The notes under the pieces are model-generated. The model ran no database searches. It was not told the origin of the DNA and saw only the letters and a program-made list of their open reading frames with translations. Made by a program: the position numbers and the translations under genes. A DNA stretch of 63,818 nt, filler included, from Lenisia limosa (lineage: Eukaryota > Protista > Breviatea), in NCBI GenBank assembly GCA_001655205.1. It is 10 parts of 10 records of this genome, joined end to end, with 100 filler letters (N's around TTAATTAATTAA, not from the genome) between each part and the next. Parts side by side here need not be neighbours in the genome. Positions count along the whole stretch, not along the records: positions 1 to 3,192 come from LPNZ01008823.1; positions 3,293 to 10,593 come from LPNZ01004182.1; positions 10,694 to 19,034 come from LPNZ01009133.1; 7 more parts are not named here. One strand, written 5' to 3'. Positions 1-12,186 of the stretch are shown piece after piece. How positions within the stretch are numbered: the stretch's first letter is position 1; every line of letters begins with the position of its first letter.

Positions 1-90
1 GGTGCTGCAGAAGCGACCGGCCTGGGCTTTGTTTGTGTTGTTGTTAACAACCCACGTGTGTTGTCAGCCAACAGAGTTTATTTTGGGCTT
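1..90 (+). repeat. Intronic repeat family A (representative). Other copies: 711-871(+, 4x tandem of 5' half), 1701-1719(+), 3474-3502(+), 5033-5115(-), 5419-5480(-), 12255-12378(-), 14305-14330(-), 15675-15853(-), 16626-16685(-), 42008-42041(+), 42582-42617(+), 58500-58535(-), 63784-63818(+)
   Basis: Shared consensus GGGTGATGGGATGCGGTGCTGCAGAAGCGACTGGCCTGGGCTTTGTTT..TTGTCAGCCAACAGAGTTGATTTTGGGCTTTTTTGTTTCATAAATTTTC; no terminal inverted repeats seen. Confidence 0.85.
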
Positions 91-130
91 AATGTTAATA
101 TATTTCCTTGGTTTACCCCCTCCCCGCCAG

Positions 131-2836
131 TCCTGCGGCAGTCCCAGTCCTTCATAGGAGGAGTGCTGAGCACCTTGGCTGAAACGACACGGGTACAAAT
201 CTCAGTTGGTGTAACTGACAACCTCCGTGACGTGGCTAATGTGGGGAAGGGGGTAATATCCTGAAGTTTGCGTCAGTATTTGAAGGGGGTAATATCCTGA
301 AGTTTGCGTCAGTATTTGAAGGGGGTAATGCGTATATTTTAATACCGTTGTTCATACTTCAATATATTTCAATATACTATTTCGTATATATTTCTTCAGA
401 CTTCCAGCAATTTCTGATTAACCATATAGACACTTTTCCGCCTGGGGTGCCAAGATATACACGCCGACCCAAATACCACTNNNNNNNNNNNNNNNNNNNN
501 NNNNNNNNNNNNNNNNNNNNNNNNNNNNNNNNNNNNNNNNNNNNNNNNNNNNNNNNNNNNNNNNNNNNNNNNNNNNNNNNNNNNNNNNNNNNNNNNNNNN
601 NNNNNNNNNNNTCTTTTTTCAGAAATATGGATAAAATGGTTTGACCTTCCCTCCCCTCCCCGTTCCTTATTTACTACACTCCTATTTCTTTTTAACACAC
701 CCTCCCCCTTGGGTGATGGGATGTGCTGCAGAAGCGACTGGTCTGGTCTTTGTTTGGGATGTGGTGGCAGAAGCGACTGGCCTGGTCTTTGTTTGGGATG
801 TGGTGCTGCAGAAGCGACTGGCCTGGTCTTTGTTTGGGATGTGGTGCTGCAGACTGGTCTGGGCTTTGTTTCTTTCTTTTTTTAACCCTTACCCTTGTTT
901 GTGTTTCCCAAATACTGTTCCATCAGTTGTTTCAAAATAATTCCAATTTTACACCTCTATTTTCCCCNNNNNNNNNNNNNNNNNNNNNNNNNNNNNNNNN
1001 NNNNNNNNNNNNNNNNNNNNNNNNNNNNNNNNNNNNNNNNNNNNNNNNNNNNNNNNNNNNNNNNNNNNNNNNNNNNNNNNNNNNNNNNNNNNNNNNNNNN
1101 NNNNNNNNNNNNNNNNNNNNNNNNNNNNNNNNNNTAGTTCCAATGATAGGAATTTGGGGGACAATTCGACCGAGACGTCGCACCAAGATTCTCATTACCA
1201 TCATTGAGGCTCTCAACCTGGTACGATTTTTGGGAGCAAATATCTACTTTAATCCAAACACGGTATACCCCCCCATGTATATGATGACACAGTTTTACAC
1301 ATATCGATATAACAATGGTTGTGGTACTTCAGTTTTTTTTATTTTTTTTTTATTGTGAACTACCTAACCCTGACACGATTTTTGTTTTTTTTTTGGCTAA
1401 AGATAAAGNNNNNNNNNNNNNNNNNNNNNNNNNNNNNNNNNNNNNNNNNNNNNNNNNNNNNNNNNNNNNNNNNNNNNNNNNNNNNNNNNNNNNNNNNNNN
1501 NNNNNGTATTAAGAGTAGATCAATTGGGATGCATTTCAATCCAAATCTTCTTTTCAGCATCGAAGAGATAAATCCCCTTTTACCAGCTACTAATTGGCCT
1601 TTTGTGTTGAATATCGTGCTAGTCGAATTATGTCTTCTTTTTTTGTCATACTCCGCCACATATTCACCCCGTTTCCTATCATGGAGTTGCCCCCCCCCCC
1701 GAGTGATGGGATGCGGTGCNNNNNNNNNNNNNNNNNNNNNNNNNNNNNNNNNNNNNNNNNNNNNNNNNNNNNNNNNNNNNNNNNNNNNNNNNNNNNNNNN
1801 NNNNNNNNNNNNNNNNNNNNNNNNNNNNNNNNNNNNNNNNNNNNNNNNNNNNNNNNNNNNNNNNNNNNNNNNNNNNNNNNNNNNNNNNNNNNNNNNNNNN
1901 NNNNNNNNNNNNNNNNNNNNNNNNNNNNNNNNNNNNNNNNNNNNNNNNNNNNNNNNNNNNNNNNNNNGCCTCGGTCAGAAATAACTCTATTAATATTTTT
2001 ATTTCTCATTGCTATCTAAGAGTAGTGTATCATTATTTGATTTAATAATACGTAAAACAACATTCACTTGAAACCCAAAAATTGTCTCTAGTGTTCATCT
2101 TTGTCACATTTTAGCTTCTTCGCTGCGCAATTCTCCAGATCAGGNNNNNNNNNNNNNNNNNNNNNNNNNNNNNNNNNNNNNNNNNNNNNNNNNNNNNNNN
2201 NNNNNNNNNNNNNNNNNNNNNNNNNNNNNNNNACAAAACTGAATGCAGGCAATAGGATGATTTCTCACGGACACTATGAATACCATATCATATTTATATT
2301 ACCATATCTAGCATATCATCTCTCTTCGATATATCATATGGTATAATATATTTTTTAGAATCATGATGATTTGTTTGGACTGAAAGCAATATGAATATGA
2401 TTAATTTACATATTACGTCAATCTCTACTGGAACGCTTATGATGACCTCCATCACTCACTACCCAGGCAAATGATTTCGTTACTGCTGTAAACGTCTTCA
2501 TGAAAACCGTAGAAAAAACCAAACTAATTATTCTGCCGCAAAATCCAACTGATGAAGATGTGGGAGGGCTTGTTGGAGTGACCAAACCCTATCAAATAAG
2601 TCATGTTGATCATTGATCAGATTATCGATAATATTGAGTGGGTGCACGGACACCAGAAATTATACTCTGATATCAAGGTCTTAATCAGGAGTGAAGCGAG
2701 TGTTTTACCCTTTATTTTTGGCCTATAATTTTTGGCGTCTGATTGCCCACTCTATTATTTTTAACCATTAATTCTGCAGGTTGACACGGAATGGCATGGT
2801 TTCATTGGGCAAATGAAGGCTTTGGACATCCCGTAG
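131..2836 (+). CDS. Multi-exon hypothetical protein, 3' part (5' end outside the window)
   Basis: AG/GT-bounded open segments: 131-~252 (LRQSQSFIGGVLSTLAETTRVQISVGVTDNLRD..), ~1138-1220 (PMIGIWGTIRPRRRTKILITIIEALNL), ~2467-2559 (ANDFVTAVNVFMKTVEKTKLIILPQNPTDED), ~2631-2687 (IIDNIEWVHGHQKLYSDIK), 2780-2836 (VDTEWHGFIGQMKALDIP*). The last three join in phase 0. No family recognised. Confidence 0.55.
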
Positions 2837-3521
2837 GCGTGGTCACCCAATGTTAAGTGACCGGGATAAGTCTTGACCGATTTACTTTGTGATTTTCCAA
2901 GGAAAATAGGTTGAGACTTATCCCGGTCAGTGCATATGGATTATAGAATTACTATATATTGGCATCCGGATGTATTATATATATATATAATATGCATATG
3001 TATATTTACAATATGATAAGCTGAGGAGGCACGCAGAAAGCTGTGTGCACAGAGTTGTAAGGCAAATTGGATGAATTTATATTATAGTATAGTATTCCTA
3101 TATATCATATGCATATGTATGATATACCAATATAAAGATATACTATATGATATACACATTGGTATCACGATGCCTTATAATGCTTCCAAGGTNNNNNNNN
3201 NNNNNNNNNNNNNNNNNNNNNNNNNNNNNNNNNNNNTTAATTAATTAANNNNNNNNNNNNNNNNNNNNNNNNNNNNNNNNNNNNNNNNNNNNGAGTGGGT
3301 ACGGATAAACCCTGTTATTTTCTCAGATTACAAGATACTAACAGTCAATTACCCCCCCTCCCTCCCAGTCCTTAGTGTGAGGGGAAAGCGATATTTATGG
3401 TGATTTGTGTTTGGTATCCCTATGTATTCTTATGTTTCCCTCGATTTATTTAATAAATTTTCTTGTCACCCATTTGGGCTTTTGTGTTTCATAAATTTTC
3501 ATATTTTCTTGTCACCCATAC

Positions 3522-6500
3522 CTGGAGGAAGAGACCCATGCCCTGAGTGAAGGCACCTTCGCACTGGCCAATGTCGACGGCGGGGTTAAGGGATGTGCCG
3601 AGATCCTGGGAGTGAGTACAATGCTGAAAAAGCCGCCGAAAATCAGAGTCGATTATAATAGATTATGCTATCTCTTCTTCTCTTGCACCCCCCCCCCCCC
3701 AAAAAAAAAANNNNNNNNNNNNNNNNNNNNNNNNNNNNNNNNNNNNNNNNNNNNNNNNNNNNNNNNNNAATAAAAGCTACCCTCCCTACGGCGCAAAGCT
3801 TGACGGTCTTGACATCAGCACGGCCGGTGAGAACGTCCAGCTCGACCTCGGACAGGGCAGTGAGGTAGGTGAAGTAGTTGAAGACACGGCCTTCCTGGGT
3901 GACCCAATCTAGGGAGTTTGTAAAATGAGGGGAGAGGGGAGTAAATCTCATCTTTTTTGTATTGCTGGATTATATTTCCCTTTTTTGATAAATCAAATAC
4001 ATAGGGATACCATAACAACAAATTCTGATAATTTCGTTCTCAAATTTCTTTTCTTTATCATGACAATCGGCGTTTTGTTCTTGTGGTTCCTGGTTTTGTC
4101 TAATAATACGCTCTGATAATGATAGTTGGTCACCCTCCCACCAAAGCCGAGATCGGGAGTGATCCAGAAGCCGGTGGCAGACAGAGACACACGGTTGAAG
4201 AAGCAGGCGTTGGCAAGCTCCTGGAAAGTGGCCTTCTCAGAGAGACCAGCCTCCTCTGCGGTGTTAGTGGGGATATTTCGATAAAGTATATTGGCGTTGG
4301 GGGAGGGCATCGTGGAATAGATCCTAAGAAGAAGAGGAAGAAGAAAAAAAAAAAAAAAANNNNNNNNNNNNNNNNNNNNNNNNNNNNNNNNNNNNNNNNN
4401 NNNNNNNNNTTGGTGCAGGCGTCCTTAACGGCGAAGCCCATAAGGTCAGTGGTCATGGAGGCGGAAGTGGGGTTAGCGTTGGGAACCTGAAAAATATCAA
4501 AAAATGTAATACAGCATAACTGCTTATAACAATATTGTTTTTCTCACCCCCCCTTCCCCAGTATTATCAATTCTTTTACGTACCATAGCACCCTAGTACC
4601 TTATCGATGTTGGTCTCTTCGCAGTGCACTTCCTCGATGGGAATGTCGAGGGTGTGGGCAGCAATCTGCCAGGGAGTTAGTTGTTGCATTGGCAGTGGTT
4701 TAGAACAGAGTCACCAATGTTGGTTGAGGATTATCGACATTTTCTGCCTTTTGGACTTTTGTGAAGAAACAATGGAAACAACACAATTTCACACAATGAG
4801 TTTTCAATTTGGTATTATTGTTACAATTGATTGAATATGTCGCAATTATTCGACAATTAATACCCACCCACCTGGCACATCAATACCCACCCACCTGGCA
4901 CATTTTGGTGTGGATGCCTTGGCCCATCTCAACACCACCATGGTTGATAAGGACGGATCCGTCAGTGTAGATGTGGACAAGGGCACCACCCTGGCAGAGG
5001 AACTTCTGGGTGAATCTGTGGGGGTAAAATTGGAAAATTTATGAAACAAAAACACCCAAAATCGACTCTGTTGGCTGAAAACAAAGCCAAGGCCAGTCGC
5101 TTCTGCATCCCACCAAATAGAACTTAAGAAAACAACAGTTACAAGACAAAGCACACCAACCCCCCTTACGAGAGGCCGTACATGCAGGGAAGCACACCAA
5201 CCCCCCTTACGAGAGGCCATACATGCAGGGAATGACGGCGATACCACGCTTCTTGTAGCGGGACTCCTTGTTGAAGGCCGCAATCTTCTTCTTGCGCTCC
5301 TCAAGGTCCGCAGTGATCTCGTCCCAAAGAACAGCTAGGGGGGGGGGGGGNNNNNNNNNNNNNNNNNNNNNNNNNNNNNNNNNNNNNNNNNNNNNNNNNN
5401 NNNNNNNNNNNNNNNNNNAAAAAAAGAAGCCCAAAATCAACTCTATGGGCCAAAAACACAAGAGGGTTGAAAGAAACAACAGTGGAGAACGTTATCATAC
5501 AAAAGCTAATTCATTCATAAATAAGGTGATAAAGCCAGACACAAACGGGCTTGTGAACGGATAAGACAAGACCCCCCTTACGGAGTCTGCAAGCAGTGAC
5601 CTCCTGGTTGTAATGGGTGTGGTCGCCCTCCTTGATGAAGTTCAACCGACGCACGTGTTCGGGGTCAAGCTCGGTCTTCTGAGAGACTTGCTCAATGAGA
5701 GACTCGGCAAAGTACATGGCTTGGGGCTGCGCGGTCAAGGAGAAAAAGGGAATGACAGGAGTGATGATTGCAATATAGTATATAGCAATGAGAAATAAAA
5801 AAAATAGGTTGTATCTGACCGAAGCCGTCTACACCATCACGCTTCTAAGAGATATTGGATAATAGAATAATATTAATGTTGCTCGTCCCCTTCGCGCACC
5901 ATGCCGAAGCCTCTGAAGGCCGTGTTGGTACGGAGATGGGTCTTGCACATCAGACCTTCAACACGAACGTTCTCAACACTATGGGAAGTCAGTCGGAAAT
6001 ATGGGGTCATTAATACAGCTGTTAGAACAAGAAAGTCTGATGCTGGGTTAAAGAGGAGCTGGTGGGGGGGGGNNNNNNNNNNNNNNNNNNNNNNNNNNNN
6101 NNNNNNNNNNNNNNNNNNNNNNNNNNNNNNNNNNNNNNNNNNNNNNNNNNNNNNNNNNNNNNNNNNNNNNNNNNNNNNNNNNNNNNNNNNNNNNGACCCA
6201 CAGGTAGGCGTTGACGATGGAGAACAGAGTACGGCTCATGATAGCGGGGGAGAAATCGAAGGAGAAACCGCAGTTAGCATAGGCGACAACATCGACACAA
6301 GTGATGCGGCCAGTCTTGGTGAAACCGAGGCGGTACTTGAAGGTAGTGGGATGACGTCCACCAGTGTTGTGCAGATCGATGTCTCGGGTCAGAACGGTCT
6401 GGATTGGTTAGAGCTGTGACAGCGCCAATGCATGCCTTATTTATGCGCATAAACAGCAACAAACCTTGACGGGACGACGGAGGTAGTGGGCGGCAATGGC

Positions 6501-9500
6501 AGCAGCGCAGGCAACGGGTGTGGCCTTGGACTCCTTGCCTAATATGGTAAGCTGGTCTACAGCTATGCACAATGGTTTGCCAAATATGGCAAGCGCCACG
6601 GATACACACCTCCGAAGCCGGAACCGACACGCTTGGCACGGACAATGACCTTATGGCGGCGGACGCCAAGAGCGCCGGCAACGTAGGACTAGAGCGTGAG
6701 GCAAACGTTGGTTATTTAACGAGAAATTAACTCACGGCAATCAGATATGCTTGATTTTATTCGTCAAGCTCAAGGGTATCAAGGGCTTAACTTCGGTTCA
6801 AAAAAGACTGAATTTCTCGACAAATCCTCGGAAACTATCGATTTTGTACCGGTATTTTTCGAATCGAAGTGAAGCTCTAGGTGTATCCCAATGAAAACTC
6901 CTAATTGCCCATCATACAGATGATGCACCCTTCATACCTGGATCTGGTTCACGACCTGAGTGGAGGAGGTGATCTTGTAGACACCGCCTTCAGCAGGCTC
7001 AACAAGGGTGCTCTGGGGCTCCATGTAGTAGTGCTCTTGGCCGGAGAGAACAACCTCATCTGGAGTGCGTGAGAAATGCGAAAGGCTTTTGCGTTATCTG
7101 TGTTACTGTTGTTGTACACAAGACATCATGTATTCACAAGAAATATACACACCTGATATAATTCAAGTTGCAAATAAGAAGAAGAGTAGACAAGAATTTA
7201 CTTCAGTGATGATATAGAATTGTCGACAAATATTGAGGATCTATTTAGTAGGGCTTCACTTTTGGTTCCAAAAAAGACTGATTCTCGATACCTAGATAAA
7301 TATCGATATTTTGTCTGTCTTTTGGAAGCGAAAGTGAAGCTCTACTATTTAGGCTAGAAATGAAGCCTCAGACCGCCTACCCTCGATCTTAATCTCTGAC
7401 TCTTCAAAGGCCTTGGCAATGTCCTCCTTGGAGCGGCCGAGGCGGAAGGGGTTGGGGTTGGGGTAGGTCTCGGGGGCTCCGAAGGCGGGGAAGGGGAAGA
7501 AGGATTGGGCCTGAGGGGGGTAAGTAAAATGAATTGAAATGACCTTTAAAATATCAAAATATCAAACGTAAATATAAAAAAAAACTTGCATTGCAATATC
7601 TCGACCACAAGCGCGGGTCTGACCTTGATAGCGTCCTCAACAGTCAGAATGGCGGGGAGGTCTTCGTACTCGATCTCAACCAGGTGCGAGGCGTACACCG
7701 CAAGAGTGGGGGTCTCAGCAACAACAACACCCATGGACTGGCCGACATGGCGAACCTAGGGTGTGGGAGTCAAACCCATTGTGTTTACTTCTTTGGGGGG
7801 GAAATTGTCACATTAACACATTATATCTTATCATCAAATGTTAGTAGTATACAAAGGGAGGCCTAGCTTACCACTTCACCGGCGAAGACTTGCTCGTCGG
7901 AGTGAATGGTACCGGAAACGTTCTGTATTGTCAAATATGCCATGGAGGACTATTAAGTCATATAATCTACCATTGCAATGGTCAACAGCCATATTAGGGA
8001 TACGAAGAAGAATCAATAAGAACAACAAAGAGTAATAAATTAGTAGTAATAAACAACCACATTTCCAAATCTAGGCCCACCTTGGCGGGAACATCCTTGG
8101 AGCTGTAGAAGGCAACAACACCTGAAAATGTAACATGGGGGGAGGGGGGAGTAAAGCAATGTGCGTGAAACCAAAGGAGGAAGAGATGGAGCTTTGCGAA
8201 GCTGTCCATGAATGGGTTTGATTCGTACATGCAGTACAATCACCACTGCCTGTGTTACCCCCCCCCCCCTACCGGGGACAGCAAGAGCCTTATCGGCATT
8301 GATGCTGAGGACCTTGGCATGAGCGCGCTCGGAGAGGACAAGTTGGCCATGGACTGCAGAGTGAAATAGGGAGGGGGGTAATGAAGGAAATGTTTCGGGA
8401 AGAATAGATGCGGAATATTAGCGTGAGGAATGTCATGAAAAAGAACAAAAAAAGTGAACTGCGTAGGAAACATTTGATTCTATACCCCTCATACGTCCAT
8501 TGGGAGGCATGGTGACGTCGTTAATGAAGACAGCCTCGCCGGTAACCTGATCGCCGGAGGAGCGGTGCTCAAGAGGCTGAAGGGGTAAGTATGGGCAAGG
8601 CTAAAACTAGCGTTCTGATGGATCCACTCCTACCTTGCCGAGGTCACGATGCTCGGAGTCCTCGAAAGACTGTTCGCCAGCAGAGATAGCGCGAGGGGCA
8701 GGGAGGAGGGACTTCAGACGGGGGGCAATCTCAACTAATCGGTTAGAGCACTCCAATCGGGTCAGCAAATATGTTTGCCTGATTCAAGCACAGAAGTAGA
8801 ACCAAATTGGAATAGAAATGTGTGAGGGTTTGAATATATTACTACTAGGGCTTCCCTACGGTCCCAAAAAAGACTGAATTTCTCGATAAATTGTCGATAT
8901 ATGTATACTATATACTATATCATATATCGATATTTTGACGGTCTTTTTCGAACCGTAGAGAAGTCCTAATTACTACCCCCCCTCACAGCCGGCTTCGTTG
9001 GAGATGATGACGGACATTTTGAGGAAGAGGGACGAGACAAGGGCGCAGCGGAAGCTTTCCTGGCCTCCCACGGTACCGTAGGCAACACCAAAGTCCTNNN
9101 NNNNNNNNNNNNNNNNNNNNNNNNNNNNNNNNNNNNNNNNNNNNNNNNNNNNNNNNNNNNNNNNNNNNNNNNNNNNNNNNNNNNNNNNNNNNNNNNNNNN
9201 NNNNNNNNNNNNNNNNNNNNNNNNNNNNNNNNNNCTATCAACCTGCTTAGCCCACCTTCATGAGAGCGGGGATGACGGACTTGACAAGATCGGTACTCCA
9301 CTCCTGGCCAACCACGGCGGCGGCAACAGACTCGCCAATGTGCACGGTAGGGGCAACTCCTGGGGGAGTAACATGGAAAAATCGAGAGCACAGTGGGGAG
9401 GGGGTCAATGTAAACGATGCATAAAGCGGAATGTCACTTCAAGACACCCCTCGAACCAGCGAAAGCGGCAGTGAAAGCGGTGGCCTTCTTATCGACAATT

Positions 9501-10503
9501 TCAACGCGGAAGGCGGCGGAGACCTAAGACGGATCAGGGGGGGGGGGCAATGCAACACGATCTACAATGGTTTTTATTTCGATAGCATTTCAGTAATAGT
9601 AGAGAGTAATCGCAAAGTCAATGATTATTGTGGATGTTAATCAACTGTTTCATTACATCATGTTCAATAATTAGAGCACCCGACTCGTACACCATCAACA
9701 TCCCGTTTACAGCGGCGTCGTCGTCACCCCATCTGGAAGCAGCCTCAGCGTAGAAGTGGGCGTTGTCGGCCATGCGAGGGACAATGATGGCGGTAATGAG
9801 GCCCCGGGCTCCGAGGGCGGCTGATACAGGCTTGACAGACCCGTCGGCAAACTCGATGGTGGCTCCTGGGCAGTCAGGAGAATGGAAATGTTGGCATTGT
9901 ATGAGAACACTCGAGTCAGGAAAGATTGAACAATAATCAGAGGCAAAAAAAAACAACTATGATTAATTGGCAAGATGGTAAGAGATATAGCGTTCAAGGC
10001 ATATGGGAAATTGTTGGCTTATCCCCACTCATGGAAGAGTCACCCCTCCCCACCAAGAGCAAGGAGCATGGCGTTGAGGGAAGCGGTCTTCTTGTTGGCG
10101 GCCACGGAGCCAGCCAGAGTGGCAACGTTGCGGAGTTGAGGGCCCGCAGTGGCAGACAAGAGGGCCTTCATGGCCTTGATCTCCTGGGGGGTGGGGTCGG
10201 GAGTGAAACGAAGGAAATTTCGATAAATGGTGCAATTTCTGTAATGTTTTAATCGTACTAAGAATAATTACAAGAAAAACAAGATCTGTGTGCCATGTAC
10301 CTTGGGGCAAGAGTCCTCTTCGGCCATATCAAGTAGGTTGGTGAGAGTCACAGCAGCGTTAATACGGGTCTCCTAGGAGATGTAAGCAGAGAATTACGAA
10401 GATGACATGGTATCGAAGGAGGGGATGAAGCATCAACCCCCCCCACCTTCTCTCCAACAACAACAGAGGTAAGCTCGGGTATGCGTGCAAGGGAAATGAC
10501 AGC
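3522..10503 (-). CDS. XDH: Xanthine dehydrogenase/oxidase family molybdo-flavoenzyme; about 20 exons visible; N-terminal 2Fe-2S domains and extreme C-terminus lost in scaffold gaps
   Basis: Spliced exons give the family motifs [14 protein letters not shown] (FAD domain), [129 protein letters not shown] and [20 protein letters not shown]. Residues equivalent to bovine XDH Glu802, Arg880, Phe914 and Phe1009/Thr1010 are present, favouring XDH over aldehyde oxidase. Confidence 0.95.
5783..5878 (-). repeat. Intronic repeat family C (representative). Other copies: 1968-2020(+), 11520-11600(-), 15885-15930(-), 16780-16878(-), 18762-18870(-), 40775-40830(+), 55765-55802(-)
   Basis: Shared core, read in host-gene sense: ..GCGTGATGGTGTGGACGGCTTCGGTCAGATAC..TTTTTATTTCTCATTGCTATA. 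Confidence 0.8.
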
Positions 10504-10720
10504 CTAAAACGTCACAAATATAAATAAGCCCAACGGAAAGCCAATATCCCCCTGTTGAACAAGAACATTTGAGCAGAACAAAAATATGCCCCCNNNNNNN
10601 NNNNNNNNNNNNNNNNNNNNNNNNNNNNNNNNNNNNNTTAATTAATTAANNNNNNNNNNNNNNNNNNNNNNNNNNNNNNNNNNNNNNNNNNNNTGCTGGC
10701 ATCGGCTCCAAAAGCCTTAC

Positions 10721-10798
10721 CGGAGAGGAGGCGGAAGAGGGCTTCAGGGAATTGGCCTCTGGGAGGCGGGATTGCAGCTTGTTGATTGTCCTGATCAT
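10721..10798 (-). CDS. Isolated exon MIRTINKLQSRLPEANSLKPSSASSP; possible first exon of XDH or of a gene hidden in the adjacent gap
   Basis: ATG at 10798, 78 nt open, followed by a strong GTAAGG donor; lies just upstream of the scaffold gap preceding the visible XDH exons. Confidence 0.3.
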
Positions 10799-12186
10799 GG
10801 ATTCGGAAACAGCCCTATATGTATGTAGCAAGACTTATCATAGCTTCTAGAGTTACAGTGGCGTAGACACATATTAGTCTTATATTAGTGCCCTATTTTC
10901 GGGTTCTGACTGACCGTTAATATGGCACTACTTAATATTATCGATAAATGATGTGTCTAAGTATGTATCTACCAAGTTACATTGACCACGTTATTCTTAA
11001 CTTTGATTGTCTGAAAAAATCCTCACACAATATACCTTTCTGTCTTTTCTCACACCTCTGTGTAAACTTTTTTTAAAAGAATAAAAAAGGGGGGGGGGGG
11101 ACTTGTGAGATAAAAATAGAAGCTGATCTGAAGAAATGTTTGGCTCTATCTATTATGTGGAATAATATATCCAAGTTTATGCGTTGTAGTGTTGCTTTTT
11201 GTTTTATGGTTACAGCTGCGGTAAGCGCAAGCTCGGTCCGAAAAAGACTGGTAAAATATCGATCGTTTTCGACGATTTATTATGAAATTTAGTCTTTTTT
11301 TGAACCAAAATGAAGCCCTTGGTACAACTCTTGTTTTTTTTTATAAAGAATGGAGGAGATCTGAGAGGGGAAACAGTGTGTACATTAAATTACGAGAGAA
11401 ACAGAAACAGAAGACAAAATAAGGTTACCATAGTTACATCCCGACGCTCTGCATTCGACCCACACCTCCGATAGGGGGCGGGCTTCTCTACAAAGGGTAA
11501 CGTTTTGATGGCATGTTAATATAGCGATGAAAAATAAAACAAGTTCAACACCATCACGCTTATAAGAGATATTGATTGATAGAAATAATAAATAATTCAA
11601 CCAAGGCTTCGTTCTGACATAAGTGTTTGCCTACATTAGATGATATAAAAAGCTTCAGTTTCGGTACAAAAGACTGAAAAAATATCGATATTTATCGAGG
11701 GTTTATCGAGGATTTATCAGTCGCTTTTGCCACTGAAAGTGAAGCTCACTTATCTTATATATTATCCAGGACCTCAAAAAGCCTACACTGAATGTGTCGG
11801 GAAGGACAGAGGGGCAAGATGAGTGGCGACTGAGCGCATCTCTACTCGTTCTTCGGGAGTTAGTAGGGAAATGGAGGAATAATGCTATTATTTACAGATG
11901 TGGGAAGGAAATAGAGGAGGACATGTGTGGTGGATAAAGAGACAGAGTTCAGTAATACTTCAAAAAGTTTCCCATATTCTCTCTCCCTCCCTCCACTCCT
12001 CCCAACTTTCCAATAAAGCAGATTATTCGTGATTATTAACTTTATGTATATTTTTCATCGAAATTTCCTTCGTTTTATCCCCCCCCCCCCCANNNNNNNN
12101 NNNNNNNNNNNNNNNNNNNNNNNNNNNNNNNNNNNNNNNNNNNNNNNNNNNNNNNNNNNNNNNNNNNNNNNNNNNNNNNNNNNNNN

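Noticed and set aside
1-90. Family A as a C/D box snoRNA (GTGATG at its 5' end)
   Set aside because: No CTGA D box near the sense 3' end and no terminal stem.
711-871. Regular ~40-bp repeats resembling a CRISPR array
   Set aside because: No unique spacers, eukaryotic intron context, no cas genes; it is a minisatellite of family A.
4846-7866. Antisense or alternative-frame ORFs over XDH (e.g. 4846-5304, 5901-6419, 6274-6681)
   Set aside because: Shadows of GC-rich, codon-biased XDH exons; no independent coding evidence.
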